Source: Hydrolagus colliei (lineage: Eukaryota). Taken from it: DNA of 64,000 nucleotides. The notes under the pieces were generated by a model. The model was not told the origin of the DNA. It was given only the letters and a program-made list of their open reading frames with translations, and searched no databases. The stretch is taken from contig CM068754.1 of assembly GCA_035084275.1 (NCBI GenBank), positions 14,012,001-14,076,000 of the forward strand, read 5' to 3'. Shown one piece after another: positions 54,201-64,000 of the stretch. Position 1 is the first letter of the stretch, and each line of letters opens with the position of its first letter. A program made the translations under genes and the position numbers.

Positions 54201-54683
54201 TGAAGTCTTGATTTTAAATGTGGGTATCTGATCACTCTGTATTTACAGCAATGCATATTTTCACTCACCAAGGCACATTGCTACACATGAACACACACAA
54301 TACACATACAATACACACACACACACACACACCAACACATACACACTTGGCAAATCCTAATGTACATTCCAGGAAGCTGGAAAACTCCAAATCTGTGAGG
54401 GCGGGGTGGGGGGGGGGGGGGGGTTGATTCTGTATTTAAAAACATTTGGAGAGGTGGTGGTGCTGTACATACAACAGGATTTGTTTTGTTCCAGTGAATG
54501 GAAATTCTCGAAAGTCGTTGTGTTTAAAAGGCTGTCAGTTGCACTACTGTTGTTGGGACAGTGGAGCTAACCTTTCTTCCTCGTAAAACCATGGGCTTCT
54601 CTGGGAGACGAGTACCCGGAACCAGAACAGCAAACTAGAAAAATCACAGCAGCCAGTAGCAGAAATCCCAGCCTCCCCTGCAT
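47808..54683 (-). CDS. IDS: Iduronate 2-sulfatase, complete 9-exon CDS: join(54683-54572, 53324-53188, 52486-52309, 52170-52082, 51429-51229, 50638-50468, 49610-49484, 48593-48420, 48271-47808), 550 aa
   Basis: Exons spliced by hand. All 8 introns are GT-AG with compatible phases and total 1653 nt. The translation contains [63 protein letters not shown] and SQYPRP. Internal exon sizes 137/178/89/201/171/127/174 match those I recall for human IDS. Confidence 0.98.
48420..48593 (-). CDS. IDS: IDS coding exon 8 ([30 protein letters not shown]...REWKQSA)
   Basis: Acceptor tctttag, donor GTAGGC, 174 bp. Confidence 0.97.
49137..49347 (+). mobile_element. 5'-truncated family A SINE in IDS intron 7; a related 3' fragment lies at about 49925-50072 in intron 6
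   Basis: Matches the 3' two-thirds of the family. Confidence 0.88.
49484..49610 (-). CDS. IDS: IDS coding exon 7 ([42 protein letters not shown])
   Basis: Acceptor ctcatag, donor GTATGT, 127 bp, contains the SDH metal ligands. Confidence 0.97.
50468..50638 (-). CDS. IDS: IDS coding exon 6 ([17 protein letters not shown]...[15 protein letters not shown])
   Basis: Overlaps ORF 50441..50632. Acceptor catttag, donor GTATGT, 171 bp. Confidence 0.97.
51229..51429 (-). CDS. IDS: IDS coding exon 5 ([17 protein letters not shown]...[18 protein letters not shown])
   Basis: Lies within ORF 51157..51495. Acceptor ggtcag, donor GTAAGA, 201 bp. Confidence 0.97.
52082..52170 (-). CDS. IDS: IDS coding exon 4 ([30 protein letters not shown])
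   Basis: Acceptor cttccag, donor GTACTG, 89 bp. Confidence 0.96.
52309..52486 (-). CDS. IDS: IDS coding exon 3 ([59 protein letters not shown])
   Basis: Acceptor attttag, donor GTAGGA, 178 bp, contains the sulfatase CxPxR signature and GKxFH. Confidence 0.98.
52930..53180 (+). mobile_element. Headless family A SINE in IDS intron 2
   Basis: Body from gcaaaagcttgggcaggtttc to the tail aaatgcaaggattatattatt. Confidence 0.9.
53188..53324 (-). CDS. IDS: IDS coding exon 2 ([45 protein letters not shown])
   Basis: Acceptor tctctgcag, donor GTAAGT, 137 bp, contains the metal-binding DD. Confidence 0.97.
53915..54090 (-). mobile_element. L2 LINE 3' fragment in IDS intron 1
   Basis: Reverse complement of the L2 tail: aacaac...cgtttcacgtggggaggacgtcccagggcgctggacagtcag. 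Confidence 0.8.
54290..54345. repeat. Imperfect (CA)n microsatellite in IDS intron 1; a G run follows at about 54409-54423
   Basis: Directly visible. Confidence 0.9.
54572..54683 (-). CDS. IDS: IDS coding exon 1, signal peptide ([37 protein letters not shown])
   Basis: ATG in ttcaccATG context, a hydrophobic stretch, and a phase-1 donor AAG|GTTAGC that joins exon 2 in frame. Confidence 0.88.
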
Positions 54684-55828
54684 GGTGAAACCTACAAAGG
54701 TAGCAAAAGATTAATTAAAAATCGATCAGTGCATTGGATTCGATGGCTGAGCAAAATCTGCAGCAAAGGTTTCCGGAACAAGCTCCAAACCCTCCCCACA
54801 GCTGATATACAGATGCATGTGATTCAGTCACTTCACACTGTCCCTCCCCCTCCAAAGTCAAGGTTCCGCTCAGTGAAGGAAGGCTTCTTGCTGGTCCAAC
54901 CAAATGTCAATCAGCATCCAAACTTAACCCTCTGCCTTCTCTCTCTCCTCCCTCCATCTGGTTTCCAGGCTGGCCTTCCTCCCCTGGCCAAATCTGGGTG
55001 AAAGTGCGAGAAATCACCAGAAAAACTTGTTTGCTGATGGAATTCACGAATACACCACAGGAAATGCTCGACTCAGCAGCAGCAACAACCGTTTGCCCTT
55101 ATAATAACGGAAATCCTCGCGTCTGATTATCGCGTCTCGTAGGAATAATAATCCTTGCGTTTGATACAGCGCTTTTCACGTCTTCCAGACGTCTCAAAGC
55201 GCTTCGCAGAATAAACTGTAAAGTGAATTGACTGTATATTTGTGGGCGAAACAGAGAGGAGGGTGATGAAGAGGCGTTTCGAAAGAGCCCTGAATGTGAA
55301 GTGAAGTGACTGGAGGGGAGGAGGGAGCCATTAGAACCGAGAAAGGATGAGTGTGATGGGCTTGTGGATCCTGTAAAACATGTGTGTGTTTTTTTTAACT
55401 TACCACCACAACAGGAAGAACAAGGCTTTTCATTTGCAATGATACTCGCTCGCTCTTTTAAACAAATATTAATGTTGATTTACAACACTGAAGCCTAAGG
55501 GCACCATTAGATGTTGCTGTTTTTTTGAAGGTTGCTTTCAATCCCTGCAAACAGTGCTATCAGTATGATCACTTTGCCTTGGGGAAATCCCTTACCCGGC
55601 TATTAGCTCCGTATTCTTCATGTCACAGATTTCCACATTGACTCCGACAACATTCCCTCTGAGGGTACTTTGACTTCTTATTTCTTGTACAACTCAAGAC
55701 TGGGCAAAAGTATTGGAGTGTTTGCCAATCACGGGGTAATTGAACAACAGATTCAGTGCCGTTGTGGCAAAAGCACCGTTACTTTTTGCATTTGATTCAA
55801 AATAAAGTTCAAGAGGTTGTGGTTTCGA

Positions 55829-56250
55829 CTCCATTGGCTCCCCATCACCAAGAGGATTCAATTCAAGATCCCAGTCCTCACCTTTAATGCCATCCATGTC
55901 CTTGTCCCACTCTTCTGCGACCTCCTAACCCCCTACCAAACTGCCCACTCCCCCCGCTCAGCGGGCTCCGGCCTGCTCCATGACCCCAGACCCACCCAAC
56001 CCACCATTGGCGGGCAAGCCTTCAGCCACTCTGCCCCTAACCTCTGGAATCCCATCCCACAATTCCTCCGCCTCGCCCCTTCCCTAGCCTCCTTCAAGGT
56101 CCCGCCTCAAGACACTGCTCTTCGACAGTCCCATCGCTCACCCCCATCTCCTTTCCGTCCAACCACCCTGATCCCAGCTGGAGTCTGAAACACTGATTGT
56201 CCAGTGCCTTGGGACATCCTCCTGATGTGAAAGGCTCTATACAAATATGG
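55829..56250 (+). mobile_element. L2 LINE 3' end
   Basis: ORF 55817..56188 reads LHWLPITKRIQFKIPVLTF...IGGQAFSHSAPNLWNPIP...LASFK, with tail cttgggacatcctcctgatgtgaaaggctctat. Confidence 0.92.
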
Positions 56251-56284
56251 AATGATTCTTGATTCTTTCAAGGCTCAGAGCTAG

Positions 56285-56592
56285 GGTTACATTGCATTGT
56301 CTGAGGTGTCGTCCTTCAGATGAGATATTAAACCAATGTCTCATCTGTCTGTTCAGGTGGCTGATGAAAATAGCTTAGCATTAGTGTACTCGAAAAAAGA
56401 GAAGGGAGTTTCTCCCAGTGTCCAGGCTAACAATCCCCCAGATAATACAGTATTGATCGTTCAATTCATGGCTGTTCGTGGGAAAATGTTGGGTGCCAAT
56501 CGGTTGTCGAGTTTGCTCACCAAACACATAGTCACTACACGTTATGGGAAATCAGGCGCAATAATTTGAGACATCCACCTGATGTGAAATGT
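56285..56592 (+). mobile_element. Family B Deu-domain SINE, headless; other fragments at about 39210-39410(-), 43490-43672(+), 59691-59800(-), 23925-24113(+) and 4555-4760(+)
   Basis: gaggtgtcgtccttcagatgagatattaaacc...gggagtttctcccagtgtccaggctaacaatcc is shared with the 41020 copy. Confidence 0.78.
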
Positions 56593-57224
56593 TATCATCA
56601 CGATATCTATTCCAGAGACTCATAGGAACTGTACTTTGTTCTTATAAGGAATTGCATGTGAGCAGACTTTCCATGAGTTAAGTGAGTTGATGTATTTCCA
56701 GTTTCCTTATTAAGGAATCAAGGAATCCCGAAACTGTGGTAAGGTTAACCCTTATTATCGGCTTTTTATGGACGTGCGGCATAGCAAATAAGGATGTGCA
56801 GAATGATAAATTAGGGTACCTTTATTTAATGACTCGGACACAAACACAAGTGACTGACAAACACTAAAGGTTTCAAGATCAAAAAGGAAAAGGGAACCCA
56901 CTCAACATAAACATTTGCCAGAATCTTGGGATGAGCGATAATGAGGAGCAACATGAAAAATATAGTGCTAAGCGCAGTTATTCTATTTGTTTGCAAAATA
57001 AAGTATGTGTTGTGTATACGGTCGTGGCATTATGTAAATTTGTCTGACATCTTCAATAACCTGTATAGATAGTGACAAAATGCATCTCACTGGGTACAAG
57101 CGACTGATAACATTGGGTGGGGTTGGAATAAGGTCGTTCCTTTATGTTATTCCAACTCACTCTGTTACAATAAATCCCCTGTTCTATGGTGGAGCTGGGT
57201 TGATGTATTTGATGGTATTTTATG

Positions 57225-57227
57225 ATT

Positions 57228-57265
<38 letters not shown>

Positions 57266-58385
57266 GTCCCTTATATGGAAAATGACGTGGAGGAGGGTGA
57301 GACTCTCTGAAACAGATTAACATTTGATCTGGCAGCAGTCAATAGCAGAGAGGGAGAGAGAGAGAGAGTGTGTGTGTGTCCAAGGGTCTGGAAGTCAAAC
57401 CAGCCAACCATGCTATAACACATTAGGATTTGTGCAATAAGAAAGGTCGGGTCCAGAGGGTCGCCTCCGGCATCAAGCCATCAGCATCAATCACATCTAT
57501 ACGTAAGTGGGAACTGTTGCCATTTTTTTTTTTTTGTGTGTGTGTATGTGTGAGTGTGTGTGAGAGAGAGTAGACTATGTGTGTATGTGAATATGAATGT
57601 GTGTGCATGCGAATATGTGCGTGTGTGTGTGAGTATCTGTCTGTGTGTGTGTGTATGTGAGTACGTGTGTGAGTATGTGAGTGTGTATGTGTGACTGACT
57701 GTGTGTGTGTGTATGTGTGTGTCTACGTGTGACTGTGTGTGTGTGTGTGAGAGTGTGTGTTGTTGTTAACCTGTGCGATCTGCCTGTGTTGGTGCCAAAC
57801 ACACGCGACTTGGTGAGAACATTGACTCGGCTTGTGGTTCCTTGTTGGAAAACATCAAATATTTGTGGTGTGTATATATATATATATATGTACGTGTGTA
57901 TATGGGGTGGTGGGGGGGAGAGAGAGAGAGAGAGGGGTAGAAAACTTGGAAGAAATTGGTACAGTACTTTGCTGATGAGTGTGAGTGTGTGTTGTGTGTG
58001 AGGTGGGGGGGGGGGACAGGCTGTCTTTGCTGAAATGCTTTAAAATCTTCCAAGGCAGAGTGGAAATAAGAAAGAAGGCAGCAGAATTCTAACGGTGTAG
58101 GTTTGCAACCCAGTCAGCGCTTGTTTTTCAGCCTTGCTTTACAGTGAATGGACAACACAGACACACAGAAAGAGAGAGAGAGAGAGAGAGAGTGGGGAGA
58201 TGGTTGGGGGGGGGGAGTGGGGGTTGGGAGAGAGGGGTTTGGATTTCACTCAGCACAGGCAACGTTTTATTTTGCAATATTGTTTGCAGTTGTAAGATCA
58301 ACTGGTATCTCCCTCCATCGAAATGGTGTTGGGTGGTGTTGGGTGGGCTTTGCAAGAGACAGACAGACAGACAGACAGAGACAAA
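57225..58385. repeat. Microsatellite cluster: (GT)n, (GA)n, (TA)n, (CAGA)n and G runs
   Basis: Directly visible. The longest imperfect GT tract spans about 57536-57760. Confidence 0.95.
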
Positions 58386-58489
58386 CAAGACAGTGTCTGG
58401 GTATAGCCTGAATGCTTTGACTGCATCAGTGTGAATACGTGTCAATTTCACGGTGCTGCCTGTGATGGGTTTCACAGTAACATCCACAC

Positions 58490-58920
58490 AACTTGCTTCG
58501 CTGATCCCGAGTTGAAGCTGATGTTCTTTGGATCATCACAAGATGGGCAGACAATAATCACCCCCCCACCCCCCCCGCATTTTGACGCGGCGCTTTTTCG
58601 CGTCGCCTCGACGTCTCGAAGCTCCTCGCCGAACACAGCGAATCGACTGCGTGCGGACGAGACGCGCGCAGACAGCCGCGGATCGAAATGACCCGATTTA
58701 TTCCGGTTTCCTGCGGGTGGATTGTTAGGACCGCGGGCGGCGGCTACTGACGAAACACCGGTGGCGAAAATGAATCTTTTTTTTTTTGGGGGGGGGGGGG
58801 GGGTGGGGAAACGAAACATGAAGCTCCTTTGCTTCCCGACGGTTCTCGGTCGCAATAATTCCTTGGAAAACATTCCGTCCTACGTTTTGACATCTCCACA
58901 ATTACGTTTCACCAATCGCC
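58490..58920. promoter_or_regulatory. CpG-island-like region, candidate promoter about 3.8 kb upstream of the IDS ATG
   Basis: Dense CpGs (gacgcggcgc, cgcgtcgcctcgacg, gacgcgcgca, ccgcgggcggcgg) in a CpG-depleted background. Also an ETS-like attccgg and an E2F-like ggcgaaaa. Confidence 0.7.
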
Positions 58921-59373
58921 TCCCTCCCCCTCCCTCCCTCCCTTCCCTCCCTCCCTCCCCGTTGAAAGCAACAGAGAGAAAAAATCAGAGCAATTTCCTG
59001 TGACATCTGTTTTCTTACGGCAAGCAAGAAGATAGATGGCTCTTAAACAGTCCAGTGGTGAGCTCCCTCGTTCCCCTTTCCCGACGCTGGTCTGTAATGA
59101 ATGAGTTAGTTCTCAGTCAGGCAGTAGTTGGTGAGTGTGCAACAATTGTCCCAATTGTTCTGAGGCTCGGGGAAAATCAATCAGGGCTTCCTGTTCCTTA
59201 TCGCTATCCAGTAAAGGCTTGCTTAGAATTTGTATGAAGCGGCAGGGTTGGGTTGACATAATATTCCAATGTATGTTGACTTTTTGTGGCCGGTTTGCAG
59301 ACAGCAAGACCCCACACGCAGCCACCAGGTGAATGAATAATTCATCTAGGCGATTGTGTGCGTTATGTAGTTC

Positions 59374-59690
59374 AGGGTCCTGTAGCTCAGTGGTTAGAGC
59401 ACTCACGCGCGCAAGCAAGAGACTTGGGTTCAATTCCTGGCAACGCGAAACCTTGGGCAAGTTTCCTTACTCCACACGCCTGATAATAAATAATCCCTTG
59501 AAAAAAACACAATAATAAATTGGTCAATTCAATCCACAAGTGTTCGTGGGACACTGCTGGGTGCAATTGGCTGCTGCGTTTCACCCATAAATATACAGTC
59601 AATTCATTTTACAGTGTATTCTGTGAAGCACTTTGAGACGTCTACAAGATGTGAAAAAACTCTATATCAAATGAAAGGGTTATTATTAAT
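59374..59690 (+). mobile_element. Full-length family A SINE
   Basis: gggtcctgtagctcagtggttagagc...gggttcaattcctgg...gaagcactttgagacgtc...ttattatt. Confidence 0.93.
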
Positions 59691-59954
59691 TATTGGCCAA
59701 GACAAGGGGGAGAAATTCCCTTCTATTTTCCAATAGTGTCATGGGATCTTGAAAGCCTAAGCCCACTGGAGCAGTCAGATGGGACTTTGGTTTAATGTTT
59801 AAAGGACCAAGCTAAAACTAGACATTATGGATTATTATAGAACTTATAGACAGTCACTGTCCAGGGTTTCACTGCTCACATATCTATCCTTTCGGATGAG
59901 TTGCTGTCCTCTGGAGATAACTAAAACAACAATTGCTGAACAGTTGGAGGAAGA

Positions 59955-60270
59955 AATAATAATATTAATAATCTTAGCATTTGATATAGCGCTTTTCACG
60001 TCTTGTAGATGTCTCAAAGTGCTTCACACAATATACTTTACAATATACTGACTACTGTATGTATGTGGGCGAAACACAGCTGCCAATTGCACACAGTAGT
60101 GTACCACAAACATTTGTGAATTGAAATGAACAATTTATTATAGTTTTTCTGAGGGATTATTATTAGGCATCTGGCAAGGAAACTTGCCCAAGGTTTCATC
60201 CTGTCTGGAATTGAAGTCAGGTCTATCGCTTGTAAAGCGAATGCTCTTAATCACTGAGCTACACGACTCC
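59955..60270 (-). mobile_element. Full-length family A SINE
   Basis: Reverse-complement match ending cactgagctacacgactcc. Confidence 0.92.
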
Positions 60271-62242
60271 ACTGTGACGTTATCAGTGACTACAAAAACT
60301 CATGAAAGCCAACAGTTGTACTTTGTACAGATGTACCTGGTAGTATTGCTGCACACGATAGGAATAAATGATGTGTTTTTTTGAATGAGCCATGGGTTTT
60401 CCAATTAAATCACAACTGCCTCTAGAACTTTGTAGGACAGCATGGGGCTGAATCGTCCTATCTGTGGATGGTAAAGCTATTTTTATGTTAACTACATGGC
60501 AACCAATGTGCAGTTACCATTTAACTGAATGCTATTTTCTGCGTTCTCAACTGGTAATTTACCCCTGATAGTAAATTATACTGTCTGAAAGAACACAGTA
60601 TGTAATATTGTAAATCAAATAGCTCAACAGCCGGAAATGAACCACTTGACCTTTGTCAACAAACCCAGCTTTGTTTCTGACGGCAGTAAATCTAGAAAAA
60701 TAACATGGAGTTTAATAGTCCGACATAAGCGAATCTTGCATAGAACAACCTCACGTTTTCGTGAACCATATCAGGCAAAAGAGGTTACGGATTCAAAAAC
60801 TATTGAATTTGCAAACTATTGAATTTAGATCTGTTGGAGACCAAGGTATCTGGGTTAAAATCACCTGAAAATTGATATTTGTTTTCACTGTAATAAAGAT
60901 ATATTAAACTGAAAAGAGTATCTGCAATCTTTTAGGGATTAATAATGGCCAACAATAAGGCTCAGATGCTAATCAACGGCAACGGTGCAGCTGTACTGCT
61001 GAAAAATGCTTAATTGACATATTTTTAGTCTAGTTGATTAATCACAATTGCTGAGTCTAGGTATTCGCTTACGTTATACATGATATAGGTCATTTACTGC
61101 ATATCAAAATTTAAGTGTTTGAATTAGATAAATATTATATGCAAGACAACAGCACATTCGTTAACATAGCAGTGAGGGAAAATAGAGTTTATGCCACAAG
61201 TTGATCTTGTGACTAACAAATTCCCAAATGAGTCAATGGCACAAACAGGATATAAATCATTTTTTTCTGTGTTTACATAATGTATTCTGTTCATTAAGAA
61301 TTAACCAGCTAAAAAAAAGTACTGTATCTGAAGTAACCGAGCAGAGATAGGGGCTGTAGGTTGAATGGGATACTTTGTGGTTTCATTTCTGCATGACCAA
61401 AGGCATTCATTGCCAATTAGTCTATTATTGCGAATGTTAGTTTAGAAAGCATATCACTTCTCCTCTTCGTCTTTAGTCCACGTTTTTTGCAGCGTATCTC
61501 CTGGATTTCCAAATGGAAACCTTAGTCTTTGTTCTGGTTTATTTGAGCTTGTAACTGAAGAGAAAACCGTGTGAAATCTGTTACCAATAATTGTCACGTA
61601 AAGACAAAAAACCTCACATTCATGACCAGACTCTTATGAATCAAAAATGTGATACATAATTGTGTTTGACATGTTTACTAATGTTAGTACCGTTTACTAT
61701 ATTCATAACACGAAGTATGAAACAACTGTATTTTATAACATAAATTGACATATTGGTATTTTGTACGCTTTTGAGGATTGTGGCAACAGTTGAAAGTCAG
61801 CCTGGGACTCTCATGAGTTCTTTACCTTGTTCTGAGATACAATTGGGTAAATCTATTTGGATCTGGGGTAGGAAAGGTCTTTTGTTCATCATTTCTCATG
61901 TCGTTCTCTGTTCCTGTACAGTGGCTTGCTGAGGAATTTATGAGTGGAATCATTACTTCACAGTGGGTTCGTAAGTTCATGCACTGGTAATCCTTCCCAT
62001 TTGTTTTGTTCCTTCTGCCTTTTAACTCTATGAGCCTTTCCCGGATATCTGAGTTCCTGAATTGTCCATCTTCCCACTCTTTTTATTGTTTCAAGCATCA
62101 CTCGTGAGAACCCCCAAACTGACCTTCAACAGTTACCACAATCCTCAAAGCGTTATACCACTTGCAATGAACAGAACTAGATGCCTTAATGCATAAATTA
62201 ACAGCACAAATGCATTTTAAGGTCCCATCTCTTTATTTATTG

Positions 62243-62307
62243 CTGCGCCTTGGGACATCCTCCCGACGTGAAAGGCGCTCTATAAATGTAATTTTGTTGT
62301 TGTTGTT
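62243..62307 (+). mobile_element. Isolated L2 tail; similar short tails at about 5476-5537(-), 19707-19763(+), 32930-33001(-) and 45533-45593(-)
   Basis: gcgccttgggacatcctcccgacgtgaaaggcgctctataaatgtaattttgttgttgttg. Confidence 0.75.
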
Positions 62308-62719
62308 CATTTAGATTTATACTGTGTGCAGTTACTAAAACTACAATTGATCAACTAATATCTTATTTAGTTGATCAATCCAGATTTATATTCTAGAAAT
62401 AGGTTTAATGAGTGCTCCATTATCACATCTTACTCCCAACTGCTCCATTTCCATGATCATACTTTGCATCAGTTAGATTTTAAAAATTTATTTACAAAAC
62501 ATCAATTCACTGCCATTGGAGGTGCATTAACATTATTCCTGCTGCTAAAATACATATAAATGCAGAATAATGTTATTCAATACTCCATGCATCAAATAAA
62601 AAGTATACATAGAATAAATTTGTATGGCTTTTATGGGGTTTGATCAATAATGTCTTTAGGAACAACACAGCTTTTGATATATTTGTAGATAGAGAAAGGC
62701 CCATTCCAATGATCTAGAC

Positions 62720-63011
62720 CAGGGTTACATGTTCCCCAGGGGATACAAAATTACTTCCGGGGGTTACAGGTGGCAGTACATTGACTTATTTAGCTCTCTT
62801 ATTTAGCATTTTATAGCCTTCCAAATTGTATATTTAATTGTTATTCCCCTCATTTTGTATGTGCTAGTTATTTTGCTATATAAGAAAAGCTTGGTCATAA
62901 AATGCAAGCGGAATGAGGGGGTTGGTGTGTGTGTATGTGATTGGGTGGGGGCACACGATAATGTTGAAAATGAACAAGGGGTACATTACTGAAAAAGATT
63001 GAGAACCACTG
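62720..63011. mobile_element. Non-autonomous hAT (Charlie-type) DNA transposon / MITE
   Basis: Termini CAGGGTT... and ...TTGAGAACCACTG. Flanked by near-identical 8-bp target duplications atctagac (62712-62719) and acctagac (63012-63019), centred on CTAG. Confidence 0.8.
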
Positions 63012-64000
63012 ACCTAGACATTACAGAATTGAAGCGAACTGTGTCAGAATAGAACACTCATTCACAATCACATATGTCTCAAGGCACAGGTACAGGAAAG
63101 TGACAATATGCTGAGTCAATAAACAATGGAGCTACATAGTTATATCCATGGATCATCAACAACAAACAAAAAGCTTAACTGAAAAGTACACAAGATGCTA
63201 GAGAGGCAAATTTATTTATTCATTTGTTTTTTTGTTCATCAGAAACTACAACTATGCTTGACACTCAAGTAAGTTGCAATACTGGCCTATGTCACTCCCT
63301 CTAAGCACTCAGTTTAAATTGGTAAATCCTGATAGAATTCTAACATTCAAAGGGAAAAAGTCATAGAACGTTATAATAATATTCATCATAATTCTTACAT
63401 TTGATATAGCACCTTATCATGTCTTCGAGACATCTCAAAGTGCTTAATGGATCATACTGTAAAATGGATTGACTTTACGTTTTATGCAGCTGCCAATTGT
63501 ACACAAACAGTCGTGGATTAAGTGACTAAAATATGTGCTGGATTCAGATTCATGCAAGAGAGTTCATGAAAAAATCTTAACATATACTTTTGGAACACTT
63601 AGTGGCACATGGATTGATTTCCGCAGCACATGAAATTCTGTGATGGTTGCATTATTCACTTGGATTTCAATAGGAATAAATTATGCATTTTCCATAACCA
63701 CAAAGAGAAACTCAGGCAATAATCATTAGCATCTCAACAAGAAGCACATCAAACAAAACCTTGCTGTTTATGACTCAATGGGATTGACTAAATAGCGCAA
63801 CATTTTTAAGTGTAAGATGTCGGGAATCTCTCTGAAAGTGTCATTGCGTAACAAGATAATTGCCAAGCCACAGAACACTTTAGTAACCCAAAGGAAAGGT
63901 ATCAAATTAGCAAGATCAGAGGAGAAAGTTAGATTTGTTTGCTCTATGAGAACAAAGAAAGATCCCATCAATTAAACAAAGAAGAGTCATGAAAATCCCT

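Noticed and set aside
58407-58487. Ubiquitin-like N-terminus in the ORF MDVTVKPITGSTVKL...
   Set aside because: The first codon is actually GTG, there is an in-frame stop about 15 codons upstream with no ATG, and no splice donor follows. The frame runs into a CAGA repeat, so the similarity is treated as chance.
59374-59445. tRNA-like sequences here and at 3835, 42650-42719, 44090-44164 and 60200-60270
   Set aside because: These are SINE heads. They lack a paired acceptor stem and each is followed by the shared SINE body.
54700-64000. Neighbouring genes (EOLA/CXorf40, TMEM185A) or an IDS pseudogene upstream, as in human
   Set aside because: I found no matching exons in this interval.
1-64000. 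CRISPR arrays, operons or prokaryotic defence systems
   Set aside because: The sequence is eukaryotic with spliceosomal introns. The recurring repeats are dispersed retroposon tails, not regularly spaced arrays.

Overview
AT-rich vertebrate genomic DNA, not prokaryotic. The repeat content (Deu-domain SINEs, shark-type CR1 tails, L2 fragments, a Penelope-like fragment) points to a cartilaginous fish, possibly a chimaera (inference). One protein-coding gene is supported: a complete iduronate 2-sulfatase gene (IDS) on the minus strand. It has 9 coding exons between 54683 and 47808, all introns are GT-AG, and the 1653-nt CDS encodes 550 aa with a signal peptide, an intact CxPxR formylglycine motif and the expected catalytic residues. 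Positions 1-47000 are non-coding, with SINE/LINE remnants and several candidate conserved non-coding elements. Positions 55000-64000 hold the presumed promoter region: CpG-rich patches, a microsatellite cluster, an inverted SINE pair and a hAT-type MITE. The most notable extra signal is a minimal hammerhead-ribozyme motif in the Penelope-like element at about 18844-18880. I found no support for a wholly new biological system. Almost all entries in the ORF track are spurious. Comparisons with human IDS and with repeat consensus sequences are from memory, not from a database search.
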